64,000 nt of DNA from an uncultured Ruficoccus sp. Its GTDB lineage: Bacteria > Verrucomicrobiota > Verrucomicrobiia > Opitutales > Cerasicoccaceae. A program made the position numbers and the translations under genes. Position 1 is the first letter of the stretch, and every line of letters starts with the position of its first letter. Shown piece by piece: positions 10,726 to 20,486 of this stretch. The DNA is taken from NCBI GenBank assembly GCA_965140785.1, contig OZ223510.1, positions 96,001-160,000 on the forward strand, read 5' to 3'. The notes under the pieces are model-generated. The model made no database searches, was not told the origin of the DNA, and worked only from the letters and a program-made list of their open reading frames with translations.

Positions 10726-10748
10726 GGAGGGCGCTCCCTTTTTTTATA

Positions 10749-10973
10749 TTCTCACACGGAGGCACGGGGACACAGAGGCCAACGGTGCAATATCTCCGCC
10801 CTCGACCGACCGCTGCCCTCACTTAGGTCAAATCTTTACTCAATCACATAATCCCCAAAAACGACCCGCTTTAATCTAACGATTGGCGTGATATTCCTTT
10901 TTCAAGCGTGATGAAGGCCGATAGGGTCATCAACCACCGTTGGCCTCTGTGTCTCCGTGCCTCCGTGTGAGAA
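10749..10973. repeat. 39-bp inverted repeat pair (REP/MITE-like) enclosing ~147 bp
   Basis: TTCTCACACGGAGGCACGGGGACACAGAGGCCAACGGTG at 10749-10787 and its reverse complement (1 mismatch) at 10935-10973. Confidence 0.85.
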
Positions 10974-11052
10974 AAGATAGCCGCTTCCGGTAGCCCCGGC
11001 TCCTTTCGCGCTTGATGCGGGGGGAAAAAGTCGCTTGGCTGGCGGTTTTGTC

Positions 11053-12276
11053 ATGGCCCTGATTGTACAGAAATATGGCGGCACGTCGGTCAAGGATGTC
11101 GATCGCATCCGTAACGTCGCCGAACGCATCAAGAAGACGGTGGACGAAGGTCACCAGGTCGCAGTGGTGGTCTCCGCCCGCGGCGGGGTGACCAATGAAC
11201 TCGTGGCCCGGGCCAAGGAGCTCAACCCCCGTCCCGACGACCGCGAGATGGACATGCTCCTGGCTTGCGGTGAGCAGGAAACCATCGCCCTGACCGCGAT
11301 GGCGCTGCACGCGCTGGGTATCCCCGCCGTCTCCCGGCTGGGCTCGCAGGCCGGTTTCTACACCGACGCCGCCCACACCCGCGCCCGTATCCGCGACATC
11401 ACCGGCGGGGACATCCCCGAGCGCCTGCGCGAAGGCAAGGTCGTCATTGTGGCCGGATTTCAGGGACAGAACGAGCATGGCGAGATCACTACACTGGGCC
11501 GTGGGGGCAGCGACCTGTCCGCCGTCGCCCTGGCCGCCGGTCTCAAGGCCGACGTGTGCCAGATTTACACCGACGTGGAGGGGGTTTACACCGCCGACCC
11601 GCGCGTGGTGCCCAATGCCCGCAAGATTGACGCAATTTCCTATGAGGAGATGCTTGAGCTGGCCTCGATGGGCAGCAAGGTCATGCAGGCCCGCGCAGTC
11701 GAATTCTCCCAGAAGCACAACGTCGTATTCGAAGTGCGCAGCAGTTTTAACCACAACCCCGGAACCATTGTGAAAGCCGAAGTCCCTTCCATGGAAGACG
11801 TCGTCGTGAGCGGCGTCGCACTCGACAAGAACCAGGCGAAGATCGCCGTGTCCGACCTGCCCGACGAACCCGGCACCGCCGCCAAGGTCTTTCAGGCCCT
11901 GGGCGCGGCCAATGTCCTGGTTGACATGATCGTGCAGAACATCGGCCGGGGCGGGGCAGCCAACCTGACCTTTACCGTAAGCAAGGACGACGTGCACCGC
12001 GCTGTCGAGGCGGTCGAGGATGCTCTCCAGAAAATGGGGGGCGGCACGGCCAACTACGTGGGCGACGTGGCCAAGCTGTCCGTCGTCGGCGTCGGCATGC
12101 GCAGCCATGCCGGGGTGGCCGCCACCTTGTTCAGCATTTTAGCCGAGAACGGGATCAACATCCAGATGATCACGACCTCGGAGATTCGCATCTCCGTGGC
12201 TATCGATCTGGAGGAGGCCACTAAGGCCTGCCAGGCGATTCACGACGGTTTCGAGTTGGAAAAACAGCCCGAGTAA
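11053..12276 (+). CDS. lysC: Aspartate kinase
   Basis: MALIVQKYGGTS, TTLGRGGSD, YTDVEGVYTADPR, two ACT domains. Confidence 0.97.
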   Translation: MALIVQKYGGTSVKDVDRIRNVAERIKKTVDEGHQVAVVVSARGGVTNELVARAKELNPRPDDREMDMLLACGEQETIALTAMALHALGIPAVSRLGSQAGFYTDAAHTRARIRDITGGDIPERLREGKVVIVAGFQGQNEHGEITTLGRGGSDLSAVALAAGLKADVCQIYTDVEGVYTADPRVVPNARKIDAISYEEMLELASMGSKVMQARAVEFSQKHNVVFEVRSSFNHNPGTIVKAEVPSMEDVVVSGVALDKNQAKIAVSDLPDEPGTAAKVFQALGAANVLVDMIVQNIGRGGAANLTFTVSKDDVHRAVEAVEDALQKMGGGTANYVGDVAKLSVVGVGMRSHAGVAATLFSILAENGINIQMITTSEIRISVAIDLEEATKACQAIHDGFELEKQPE

Positions 12277-12300
12277 CACGCCCGGAGCGCGCCCGCATCT

Positions 12301-12849
12301 ATGCCTGAGGAGCCCGTCACGCTATTCATCTCCCGCCGAGTCAAGACGGGACAGGAGGACCGGATGGAGGCCTGGACACAGGGCATCCGGGCCGCCGCCG
12401 CGGGTTTCCCCGGCTACCTGGGCAGCCAGACGCTGGAGCACCACGGCGACCGGCGCGACACCTTTGACGTGATCGTGCACTTTGACAGCGTGAAGGCGCT
12501 GGTGGCCTGGCAGGAGTCGGATACCTGCCGCCAGTGGTACAGTCAGCTCGAACCCATGGTCGAGGACGAGCGCATGTCCCGGCTTCAAGGCTACGAGCCG
12601 TGGTTCCCGCCACCCGAGGGGATGGGCTGCGCCCCCAAGCCCAACAAGTGGAAAATGTGGGTCGTCACCTTCGTATGCGTGTACCCGCTGGTCAACCTCA
12701 CGCTCTTCGCGCTGGGGCCGTTCATGGGCGGGCTGGATGTGTGGCTGCGCTTGCTGGTCTCGGTCCCGATCGTGAGCTTTTTGATGGCGTTCTTCGTCAT
12801 GCCCTTCCTCAGCCGGGTTTTTGCCCGCTGGCTGTATCCTCCCCGGTGA
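12301..12849 (+). CDS. Antibiotic biosynthesis monooxygenase-like domain protein with C-terminal TM helices
   Basis: FPGYLG, GYEPWF, KWKMWVVT followed by two hydrophobic helices. Confidence 0.75.
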   Translation: MPEEPVTLFISRRVKTGQEDRMEAWTQGIRAAAAGFPGYLGSQTLEHHGDRRDTFDVIVHFDSVKALVAWQESDTCRQWYSQLEPMVEDERMSRLQGYEPWFPPPEGMGCAPKPNKWKMWVVTFVCVYPLVNLTLFALGPFMGGLDVWLRLLVSVPIVSFLMAFFVMPFLSRVFARWLYPPR

Positions 12850-13058
12850 GGGACAGGCTGGGCTTGCGCAGTCCAGCCGGGTTGCACCCGGTGGCAATGA
12901 AGGGGGCCAGTCCCCCTGCGCCGCCAAAAGGCGGCTACCCCTGGTAGCTTGGTCCAGTCCTGCCGAGGCTGAGTAAAGCCTCAAAATTGGGTCGCACCCT
13001 ATTGATGTTTATGGGCAGGTAGTCGAAATGGAGTTCGAAGCTTATCCGCAAAATTATA

Positions 13059-13101
13059 AAAAAGACGCCCCTGCCGATGACGGAAGGAGCGTCTTTCTTT
13101 T
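13059..13101. terminator. Probable bidirectional intrinsic terminator
   Basis: AAAAAGACGCCCCT...AGGAGCGTCTTTCTTTTT hairpin between convergent genes. Confidence 0.65.
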
Positions 13102-13165
13102 TAGATTCTGAGCGTACCCTGCCTTTGCACTAGGCAAAGGCATCCAGGCTGCAGGGATGCTCTGC

Positions 13166-14476
13166 CTAAGCCTGGGCGAGGGCTTGCTCCAGGTCGGCCT
13201 GGATGTCCTCGAAGTCCTCGATGCCGATGCTCAGGCGCACGAAATCCGGCGTCACCCCGGCGGTGAGGAGTTCGTCCTCGCTGAGCTGGCTGTGGGTGGT
13301 GGTGGCCGGGTGGATGGCCAGGCTCTTGGCGTCACCGATGTTGGCCAGGTGGCTGAAGAGCTTGACCGACTCGATGAACTTGCGGCCCGCTTCGAGTCCG
13401 CCCTTGATGCCGAAGCCCAGCAGCGCGCCGAAGCCGCCCTGAAGGTACTTCTTCGCCGCTTCGTGGTGCGGGTGGTCCTTGAGGCCGGGGTAGTTGACCC
13501 AGGCGACCTTGTCGTGGCCGGCGAGGAACTCGGCCACTTTGAGGGCGTTCTCGCAGTGCCGCTGCATGCGCAGGTGGGCGGTCTCCACGCCGAGCAGGGT
13601 GAGGAAGCTGTTGTGCGGGGAAGGGCAGTTGCCCGTGTCGCGCAACAGTTGGAGGCGCAGCTTGAGCGCGTAGGCGACATTGGCTCCGCCGAAGGGCTCG
13701 AAGCTCTGAAAAACGTCCGCGTAAACGATGCCGTGGTAGCTGGGGTCCGGCTCGGTGAAGCCCGGGTGGCGACCCCGGCTCCAGTCGAAGTTACCCCCGT
13801 CCACAACCATGCCGCCGATGGCCACGCCGTGCCCGCCGAGGAACTTCGTGGTGCTGTGGGCGACGATGTTGCAGCCGTGTTCGATGGGGCGGCAGATCAG
13901 CGGGGTGGCGGTGTTGTCAACGATGAGCGGGATGCCCATTTCCTGGCCGATGGCGGCGACATCGGCGATGGGGAAGACGTTCAGGCGCGGGTTGCCGAGC
14001 GTTTCGCCAAAGAAAGCCTTCGTGTTCGGCTTGGCGGCGCGGCGAAAGTTCTCCGGGTCCTCGCCGTCGATGAAGCTGACCTCGATACCGAGCTTGGGCA
14101 GGGTGTAGTGGAAGAGGTTGTAAGTGCCGCCGTAGAGCTGGGAGACCGAGACGATGTGGTCGCCGCTGCCGGCGACGTTGAGAATGGCATTGGTGATGGC
14201 GGCCGAGCCGCTGCTGTGGGCCACGGCGGTGGTCCCGCCTTCGAGGGCGGCCACACGGGCCTCCAGCACGTCGGTCGTCGGGTTGTGCAGGCGGGTGTAG
14301 ATGTGTCCCAGCTCCTTCAGGGCGAAGAGGTTGGCCGCGTGCTCGGTGTCACGGAAGAGATAACTGGTGGTCTGGTGGATGGGCACCGCCCGCGAGCCGA
14401 AGTCGCTGTCGGGAGTTTGCCCGGCGTGGACGGCGCGCGTGCCGAGACCTTTCATGGGGATTGCGTTGTCGCTCAT
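13166..14476 (-). CDS. metY: O-acetylhomoserine/O-acetylserine sulfhydrylase
   Basis: [20 protein letters not shown] lysine motif [22 protein letters not shown]. Confidence 0.93.
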   Translation of the reverse strand: MSDNAIPMKGLGTRAVHAGQTPDSDFGSRAVPIHQTTSYLFRDTEHAANLFALKELGHIYTRLHNPTTDVLEARVAALEGGTTAVAHSSGSAAITNAILNVAGSGDHIVSVSQLYGGTYNLFHYTLPKLGIEVSFIDGEDPENFRRAAKPNTKAFFGETLGNPRLNVFPIADVAAIGQEMGIPLIVDNTATPLICRPIEHGCNIVAHSTTKFLGGHGVAIGGMVVDGGNFDWSRGRHPGFTEPDPSYHGIVYADVFQSFEPFGGANVAYALKLRLQLLRDTGNCPSPHNSFLTLLGVETAHLRMQRHCENALKVAEFLAGHDKVAWVNYPGLKDHPHHEAAKKYLQGGFGALLGFGIKGGLEAGRKFIESVKLFSHLANIGDAKSLAIHPATTTHSQLSEDELLTAGVTPDFVRLSIGIEDFEDIQADLEQALAQA

Positions 14477-14719
14477 AAGCCAACTATCCCAAATCCTCGT
14501 CGCCCAAAGGCAAGCGCGATTTTGCGGGTTGCACGCGCTGGCATAGAGGGGGGCATGGCCTCCTCAAGCTCGAGTGCGGGCACGCACCGTAATTTGGGGA
14601 TTGCTAAGGGCTGGCTGGGGGCAGATAGTTGGCGGCATCGTTTATCGCTGGCCGCGCGATGTCTACCCCGACTGACGGGCGCGGCAAGTTTCGCATAATC
14701 CCGAGTCGATCTTTTCTCC

Positions 14720-15376
14720 ATGCCATTGCGTTTCGCTGAAGAAATCCTCCTGCTGGCCCTCGACGATGCCAGCGGGAAGCTCCATCCCTTGCCCGACCGG
14801 GCGCTCGACCTGGCCCTGGGCGGCGCGTTACTGATGGAGCTGGCATTTCTGAAGAAGATCGACACCGACGAAAAGGAGCTGGCTGTCCTCGACCGGGAGC
14901 TGACCGGCGACGAACTGCTCGACCTGGTGCTGAGCGCCCTGCCCAAGGACCGGGACCGCCTCCCGATCCAGAACGCCCTGTCAGCCGGGCTGCGCAATAT
15001 CCAGGATGTGCGCCAGAAGCTTTTCCGCGGGCTGGTGGACAAGGGCATCCTCAAACAGGAAAAATGCCGCTTTCTCTGGGTCATGCCCGAACGGCGCTAC
15101 CCGGTGATCGACGGCTCGCAGGAGGCGGAGGTCAAATCCCGCATCCGTCAGGTCGTGCTCAGCGGGGCCATCCCGGACCCCAAGGACGTGGTCATTATCT
15201 GCCTAATGAAGGCCTGCGACCTGAGCCCGTATGTTTTCAGCGAGGAGGAACTGGAAAAGGCCCGCCCGCGCATCGCTGAGGTGGCGAAAATGGACTTCAT
15301 CGGGCAGGCGCTGGCCCGCGCCATCCAGCACATTCAGGAGGCGATCCTCGAAACCATCGCCTACATCGGCATGTAA
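14720..15376 (+). CDS. GPP34 (GOLPH3/Vps74-like) family protein
   Basis: FAEEILLLALDD, GALLMELA, LVDKGIL..FLWV..RRYP pattern. Confidence 0.85.
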   Translation: MPLRFAEEILLLALDDASGKLHPLPDRALDLALGGALLMELAFLKKIDTDEKELAVLDRELTGDELLDLVLSALPKDRDRLPIQNALSAGLRNIQDVRQKLFRGLVDKGILKQEKCRFLWVMPERRYPVIDGSQEAEVKSRIRQVVLSGAIPDPKDVVIICLMKACDLSPYVFSEEELEKARPRIAEVAKMDFIGQALARAIQHIQEAILETIAYIGM

Positions 15377-15523
15377 CCAGGACGTAGTCCTGGACCTGTG
15401 ATCCTACCGGATCACCTATTGCTGCGCCAACCGAAGTGCCATCGCCAACGCGGCGGCATGGGCTTCAGCGATTGACGCCAACCTGACCCGAGCCAGGTTT
15501 GACTTATGCCACTTCTCAAAAAG

Positions 15524-15553
15524 AACAAACCCGGCCAGAGGACCGGGTTTGTT
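15524..15553. terminator. Hairpin terminator between convergent GPP34 and hpf genes
   Basis: AACAAACCCGG-N8-CCGGGTTTGTT perfect 11-bp stem. Confidence 0.65.
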
Positions 15554-15586
15554 GAGAGTTTGGAATTTTTAGTCAGAGAGTGTGCC

Positions 15587-15967
15587 TCAGGCGGCATAGA
15601 CCTTTGGCAATTGGGCCGGAATGTCCACGTCGTGGGGTTGTTTGCGCTTGACCCGGTGGAGCCGCGATCGGCGCCTGAGTTTGCGGTCGAGCTTGTTAAC
15701 CATCTGGTCGATCGACTTGTAGAGGTCTTCGCTAGCGACACTCACGATCATCGGGGCTCCGTTGATCTCGATGTGTCCCTTGGCGATGAACTCTTCCGAC
15801 TTGCCATTGCCCTTATTGAGGTTGTACTCAAGCTCCACGCGCAGGCGGATAATACGTTCCTGATGCTGGAACAGTTTGTCCGCTTTCTCGTGCACGAGAT
15901 TCTTCAGGGCCTCGGTCAGGTCGATATGAAGACCGGAGATGATCACTTCTTTATTGTTCATACGCAT
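15587..15967 (-). CDS. hpf: Ribosome hibernation promoting factor / RaiA
   Basis: ISGLHIDLTEAL..EKADKL; DLYKSID..KLDRKLRR. Confidence 0.9.
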   Translation of the reverse strand: MRMNNKEVIISGLHIDLTEALKNLVHEKADKLFQHQERIIRLRVELEYNLNKGNGKSEEFIAKGHIEINGAPMIVSVASEDLYKSIDQMVNKLDRKLRRRSRLHRVKRKQPHDVDIPAQLPKVYAA

Positions 15968-16029
15968 ATTCCGGTTAGTGGTTAGTGACGTAATGGACTT
16001 TTTTCACTCAGATATCCACTCGTCTAGAA

Positions 16030-16827
16030 ATGAATAGCTTAAAGCATGCCGACAAAAAAATATCCGCCGTCATTGTGACGGGCGGATCTTCGGGTATTGG
16101 GGAAAGCTTCATAGCTTCGATTAGTAACCTAGAGGGTAATCCTGCGATTTGCAACCTTTCCCGCTCGGAACCAGCGAAAAAGTGGCTGGATAAGGGGGTC
16201 AGGCACATATCGTGTGATTTAACTTTAGGACAGGAAATCGAACGTGTCGTTCCCGAAATCCTGAGTTTTATTAACGAACATCCCGGGGGCGAGGTTTTGC
16301 TCATCAATAATAGCGGTTTCGGCGGCTACGGGGAATTTTACGACGTGTCTCTGGAGCGCGATCTTTCCATGATCGACCTGAATGTACGCGCTTGCGTGCA
16401 CCTGGCCGGGAAGCTCCTGCCGACGCTGATCGAGCGGGGAGGGGGCATCATCAATGTCGCCTCGACGGCCTGCTTCCAGCCCACGCCGCTGATGGCCACC
16501 TACGGGGCGACCAAGTCCTTCCTGCACAGCTGGAGCCTCGCCCTGAGCGACGAGCTCAAGGACAAGGGCGTCCGCGTGCTCTGTGTGTGCCCTGGGCCGA
16601 CGGCCACGAACTTCTTCCGCGCCGCCGGCTTCGAGGAGTCGCCGATCAGTGTCGGGACCACTCCGGACAAGGTCGCAGAGGAGTCCCTGCAAGCCTATTT
16701 CAAGGACAAGTGGATCGTGACCAACGGCTTCTGGAACAAGGTCGGTGTCGGCATCTCCTCCAAGTTGCCCAAGGTGCTCGTTACCAAACTCTCCGGCGGC
16801 ACCCTGCGCAAAATCCGCAAGACGTGA
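16030..16827 (+). CDS. Short-chain dehydrogenase/reductase
   Basis: TGGSSGIG, LINNSG, YGATK. Confidence 0.92.
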   Translation: MNSLKHADKKISAVIVTGGSSGIGESFIASISNLEGNPAICNLSRSEPAKKWLDKGVRHISCDLTLGQEIERVVPEILSFINEHPGGEVLLINNSGFGGYGEFYDVSLERDLSMIDLNVRACVHLAGKLLPTLIERGGGIINVASTACFQPTPLMATYGATKSFLHSWSLALSDELKDKGVRVLCVCPGPTATNFFRAAGFEESPISVGTTPDKVAEESLQAYFKDKWIVTNGFWNKVGVGISSKLPKVLVTKLSGGTLRKIRKT

Positions 16828-17663
16828 GCGAACCCCGCCACTATTCAACCTGGCCCCCCATGAACGGGGAGGCCGAGTTGATCGATCCCGCCGAGCTGCG
16901 TACGTGGATCGTCTATGAGGACGAGGACGTGCTCGTCATCGACAAGCCCGGCTGGATCGTCTGCCACCCCTCAAAAAACGGCCCCTGGTCGAGCCTTGTG
17001 GGAGCCTGCCGGGAGCTGACCGGCCTGGAGACGCTCCATCTGGTGGCGCGACTGGACCGCGAGACCAGCGGCATCGTCCTCATCGCCAAACGCCCCGCGG
17101 CGGCCCGGCGGCTGCAAATGGCCTTTCAGGAGCGCCGGGTGGAGAAGAGCTATCTCGCCATCATGGGCGGGGAGTTGACCGAGTCGGTCAGCGTCAATCA
17201 GCCGCTGGCCAAGGACCTTGAGTCGCAGGTGGCGGCGCGTGTCACCGTTCGCAAGTCCCGCTCGGCGCAAAAGGCGCGCACCCACTTTGAGCCGCTGCTC
17301 AGCGGAGGCGGCTATACGCTCGTAAGGGTGAAGCCCGAGACCGGCCGCAAGCACCAGATCCGCGCTCATGCCTTCTGGCTCGGTCATCCCATTGCCGGGG
17401 ACAAAATCTACGGCCCAGATGATACGCTCTTTCTGGAATTCATCACCGGGGGCTGGACGTCCCGGCTCGCCGCCGCGCTGCCTATGCGCCGTCAGGCCCT
17501 GCACGCGGCCAGTCTGACCTTTGAAAACGGACCGCAGTTCCGCCTCCCCCTGGCCTGGGACATGGTGCAGTTCGCTCGGGAAATCATGGGCGTGGACGTT
17601 GAACCTTACTGTCAGAAGCCCGAAGTCAAAAAAACTGCCGAAAATGTCGGTTTTTCCAGTTGA
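16824..17663 (+). CDS. RluA-family pseudouridine synthase
   Basis: DKPGW, RLDRETSG, TGRKHQIR, GHPIAGDKIYG, ALHA; GTGA overlap with SDR stop (alternative start 16860). Confidence 0.93.
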   Translation: MSEPRHYSTWPPMNGEAELIDPAELRTWIVYEDEDVLVIDKPGWIVCHPSKNGPWSSLVGACRELTGLETLHLVARLDRETSGIVLIAKRPAAARRLQMAFQERRVEKSYLAIMGGELTESVSVNQPLAKDLESQVAARVTVRKSRSAQKARTHFEPLLSGGGYTLVRVKPETGRKHQIRAHAFWLGHPIAGDKIYGPDDTLFLEFITGGWTSRLAAALPMRRQALHAASLTFENGPQFRLPLAWDMVQFAREIMGVDVEPYCQKPEVKKTAENVGFSS

Positions 17664-17829
17664 CCGGGGTGCTAGCACCCATAGCATCTCCCGTTTTCCT
17701 GTTCTCCGAAAGTCATTCAGCCTTGGAGCTGACCGCAAAAAAACGCCTCTGGCGTGCGGCAAAACCTTGCGTTGACCGATAATTTCCGGTTGTCTGATCG
17801 TTTATAACGCTTTCGCAACCAAACACTTT

Positions 17830-17905
<76 letters not shown>

Positions 17906-17910
17906 CTTTA

Positions 17911-17944
17911 AATCCCGTAAATCCAGCGATTTACGGGATTTTTT
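17911..17944 (+). terminator. Intrinsic terminator after tRNA-Phe
   Basis: AATCCCGTAAAT-ccagcg-ATTTACGGGATT followed by a T run. Confidence 0.85.
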
Positions 17945-17967
17945 GTACCCGCGACTAGCGGCCCGAT

Positions 17968-18068
17968 AAAATCACTGTGCCATAACTGTGCCATTTTTTA
18001 TTTCCTCTAAACGGGCCTTTTGTGGCCAATCGAGGCCTGTCTGAACCGAACCGGACCTTTCGATGCCC
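17968..18068 (+). repeat. Direct repeat, left copy (17-bp + 61-bp blocks)
   Basis: AAAATCACTGTGCCATA (17968-17984) and TAAACGGGCC...TTTCGATGCCC (18008-18068) recur at 49510-49526 and 49539-49599 (1 mismatch). Confidence 0.92.
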
Positions 18069-18359
18069 TTGGCTCACCATCCTAAGAGTGCTGCCTTTTG
18101 CTGCCCATGGAGCTATTCGATCCCCTCCCCCCGGCAAAATCTTGCATGTTTTTGCCAATATAGGAGAGGGAGGTGGGTTTATGTTCGGATGGATTCCGGG
18201 ATACTCTTCGCTCCAAGCTGCCCCGTCCCTGCCTAAACTGGGCATTCCCTTTTCTCCGTTCAGATGAGATCACGACGAAGTCATCTGAGTGAAGGAGTCA
18301 GCATTGTCTCCAATTTGGTAACATTGCCCATGGACGCCGGGAACCGGGATTAGGTAGCG

Positions 18360-18410
18360 TCGGCAAGATATGTTTTAGGTGCACCTGACGGCTCCCCTAA
18401 AACTCTTGTT
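18360..18410 (-). promoter_or_regulatory. Putative oriT (MOB-P-type nic site)
   Basis: Minus strand: GTTTTAGG..CCTAAAAC hairpin immediately followed by ATATCTTGCC (YATCYTG/Y consensus), just upstream of mobC. Confidence 0.7.
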
Positions 18411-18478
18411 TTCAAAAAAAAGTATATTTTATGAAAAAATATCCGTCATAACTCTTGCGTTCGGGTTAAACTATTTCC

Positions 18479-18868
18479 ATGCCCCGGAAATGTACCCCGA
18501 AGAAGCCCCGACGAACCGACCCTGACACGGCCCGGAATATCCCCATCACCTGCAAGCTCAGTGCCGCTGACTTGGCTGTGATTTCCCGGAAAGCTACCGC
18601 TGCCGGGAAAACCCACAGCACCTTCCTTCGTGACGCCGCCTTGGCGTCCCACGTGCAGGTAAGTCCGGCCATACCGGCTATAAATCGCGACCAGTGGCGG
18701 GAGTTGTCCAAGGTTGCGTCCAACCTCAATCAGCTCACCCATCTCTGTCACATTGACGGAATTGGATCACGGGCTGTTGGTGTGCTGGCCCTCTTGGAGA
18801 GGCTGCGCCCCCAGCTTGCCGACATTCGGGCAGACTTACTCAGACAAGAGAAGGGAGGCCGACCATGA
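18479..18868 (+). CDS. mobC: Relaxosome accessory protein MobC
   Basis: RHH-like N-terminus (STFLRDAAL) and ELSKVASNLNQLTH motif; ATGA overlap with relaxase. Confidence 0.88.
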   Translation: MPRKCTPKKPRRTDPDTARNIPITCKLSAADLAVISRKATAAGKTHSTFLRDAALASHVQVSPAIPAINRDQWRELSKVASNLNQLTHLCHIDGIGSRAVGVLALLERLRPQLADIRADLLRQEKGGRP

Positions 18869-19995
18869 TTGCCCGGATCAACTACCGGGAGAGCTTCGGT
18901 CGAGTCGTGGGCTATGCCATGAAACCGACCAAAGGCCCGGAGGTTGTCGGCGGCAACCTTTCCGCCACGGACCCGGATGGCATGATTGCCGAGTTTAGCC
19001 AACTTGCCGGGCTTAACTCCCGCTGTAAGAAGCCCGTCGCCCACTTGGCATTCTCTTTAAAGACGGGCGAAGCCCTCACTCCCGGTCAATGGGCCACCTT
19101 TGCCCAGCAGGTTGCCGATGAGTATGGCTTTGAGCAGTTTGTCGCGATTAATCACTACGACACCGATTGCGAGCACATCCACCTCATCGGCAACCGAATC
19201 AAGCTGGACCGCAAAGCCGTCTCCACCAGCAATGACCGGCACCGCATGCGGCAGCTATGCCAGCGGGCCGAGGTTGAATTCGGGCTCCAGCAGACCGCCA
19301 CGCGATCCCAGCAGGTTCGCCTCAATAAAGACGAATTGGAGAAGGCTGATCGGCTATACCATGAAGGCAAAGCCGCTCACCCCGTGCCGGGCAAGTTGCT
19401 CGTGGTCGAGCGCATCCGGGCCTGTGCCTACCGTGCCAATTCAACCGAGGACTTCATCGTCTTGTGTCATCAACAAGGAGTTGAAGTGCGTTGGAGACGC
19501 AACCGTTCGGGCACTGTCACTGGCGTATCGTTTGCCGCCGATGATATCAAATTTTCGGGGATTTGTATTGGTTTACCACTACGCACTCTCAACACAAAAA
19601 TAAACATTTATGGAAAAGATAATATCCATCCAACACGCAGCGCAGTTACCCGCTTGGCTGGAGGTGCTCACGGGCAACCTCGAAGAAGCCTTGCGGCAGC
19701 CGCTGGAACAACAACAGGCATTGCTCGCTCAACTGGAGCAAGCCCTCAGCGCCCTGCACGATCAGATCAGCAACCTCAACCAAGGGGGGCGCGATTTGAT
19801 GGACGTGCAGTTAACCCAAGTCGAAACCTTGCAGGATATACTCGAGAGGAAAAGGCAGCCATGACCCAGACGATGAAACGAACGCTACTTCGCGCCGCTG
19901 GCCGCCTCTTGGATGCCTTCGACGCCTTTGACTCAACGCTAAGCGGGCCAGCGATTGGCTCCCGCTCTAACCGTATCGGGAGGACATTGCGGTGA
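18865..19995 (+). CDS. Relaxase/mobilization nuclease (MOB-P type)
   Basis: N-terminal Tyr (VGYAM), PVAHLAFSL, HYDTDCEHIHLIGNRI His motif. Confidence 0.9.
   Translation: MIARINYRESFGRVVGYAMKPTKGPEVVGGNLSATDPDGMIAEFSQLAGLNSRCKKPVAHLAFSLKTGEALTPGQWATFAQQVADEYGFEQFVAINHYDTDCEHIHLIGNRIKLDRKAVSTSNDRHRMRQLCQRAEVEFGLQQTATRSQQVRLNKDELEKADRLYHEGKAAHPVPGKLLVVERIRACAYRANSTEDFIVLCHQQGVEVRWRRNRSGTVTGVSFAADDIKFSGICIGLPLRTLNTKINIYGKDNIHPTRSAVTRLAGGAHGQPRRSLAAAAGTTTGIARSTGASPQRPARSDQQPQPRGARFDGRAVNPSRNLAGYTREEKAAMTQTMKRTLLRAAGRLLDAFDAFDSTLSGPAIGSRSNRIGRTLR
19610..19864 (+). CDS. Coiled-coil protein overprinted in relaxase 3' half (MbeD/MobD-like position)
   Basis: L/Q/E heptad pattern (LEQQQALLAQLEQALSALHDQISNL); AT-rich leader; relaxase frame here is low complexity. 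Confidence 0.6.
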   Translation: MEKIISIQHAAQLPAWLEVLTGNLEEALRQPLEQQQALLAQLEQALSALHDQISNLNQGGRDLMDVQLTQVETLQDILERKRQP

Positions 19996-20486
19996 GTGAG
20001 GACAATGACAAGGAACGTCGTGAGCGGATCAAACGCTTGCGTAAGCAGGATGAGCCCGAGTCAGAATCTTCGATCTCTCCCGAGGAGTTGAATGATCAGA
20101 TGGCTCAATGGCAGCGGGGTCAACTGACCCATTGGGAGAAATTGGAGCAGGAGGCCGAGCGTAAGCACCAGCAGCAGGACGAAAAACTGAAGCGGGTGCT
20201 GGAAGAAAACGGGCGCTTGCGTGAGACGCTCAGGCGCGCCTCCACCCAATGGGTCACACGTACGGAGTGGACGCAAGAAGTGCCAGAGGCTACCGCCCGC
20301 CACATCCGACAAATGGGCCGCTTTGTGAAAGGGTGGTTTTGGAAGCTTGCCGGGATTACGGTCCTTTGCCTATGCCTTTTGGTCATTGGTCTTCTTGTCT
20401 GGATCGGGCAGCACGATGATCGAGACAATGGGGCTACTCTCCCTGCGTCTGACAGCCGTCCATGGACATTGGAAAGGGATGACTAA
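19992..20486 (+). CDS. Mob-operon coiled-coil protein with C-terminal TM helix
   Basis: GTGA overlap with relaxase stop; charged coiled-coil then LAGITVLCLCLLVIGLLVW. Confidence 0.65.
   Translation: MSEDNDKERRERIKRLRKQDEPESESSISPEELNDQMAQWQRGQLTHWEKLEQEAERKHQQQDEKLKRVLEENGRLRETLRRASTQWVTRTEWTQEVPEATARHIRQMGRFVKGWFWKLAGITVLCLCLLVIGLLVWIGQHDDRDNGATLPASDSRPWTLERDD

Noticed and set aside
9472..14698. Long opposite-strand ORFs over hom, lysC and metY (384, 392, 513 aa)
   Set aside because: Typical high-GC antisense shadows of well-supported genes.
14477..14719. SAM riboswitch upstream of metY
   Set aside because: No recognisable SAM-I/II core motifs by eye; an Rfam scan would be needed.
16392..16823. 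N-terminal extension of RluA in the ORF track
   Set aside because: Overlaps the SDR gene in another frame; the real start is near 16824 or 16860.
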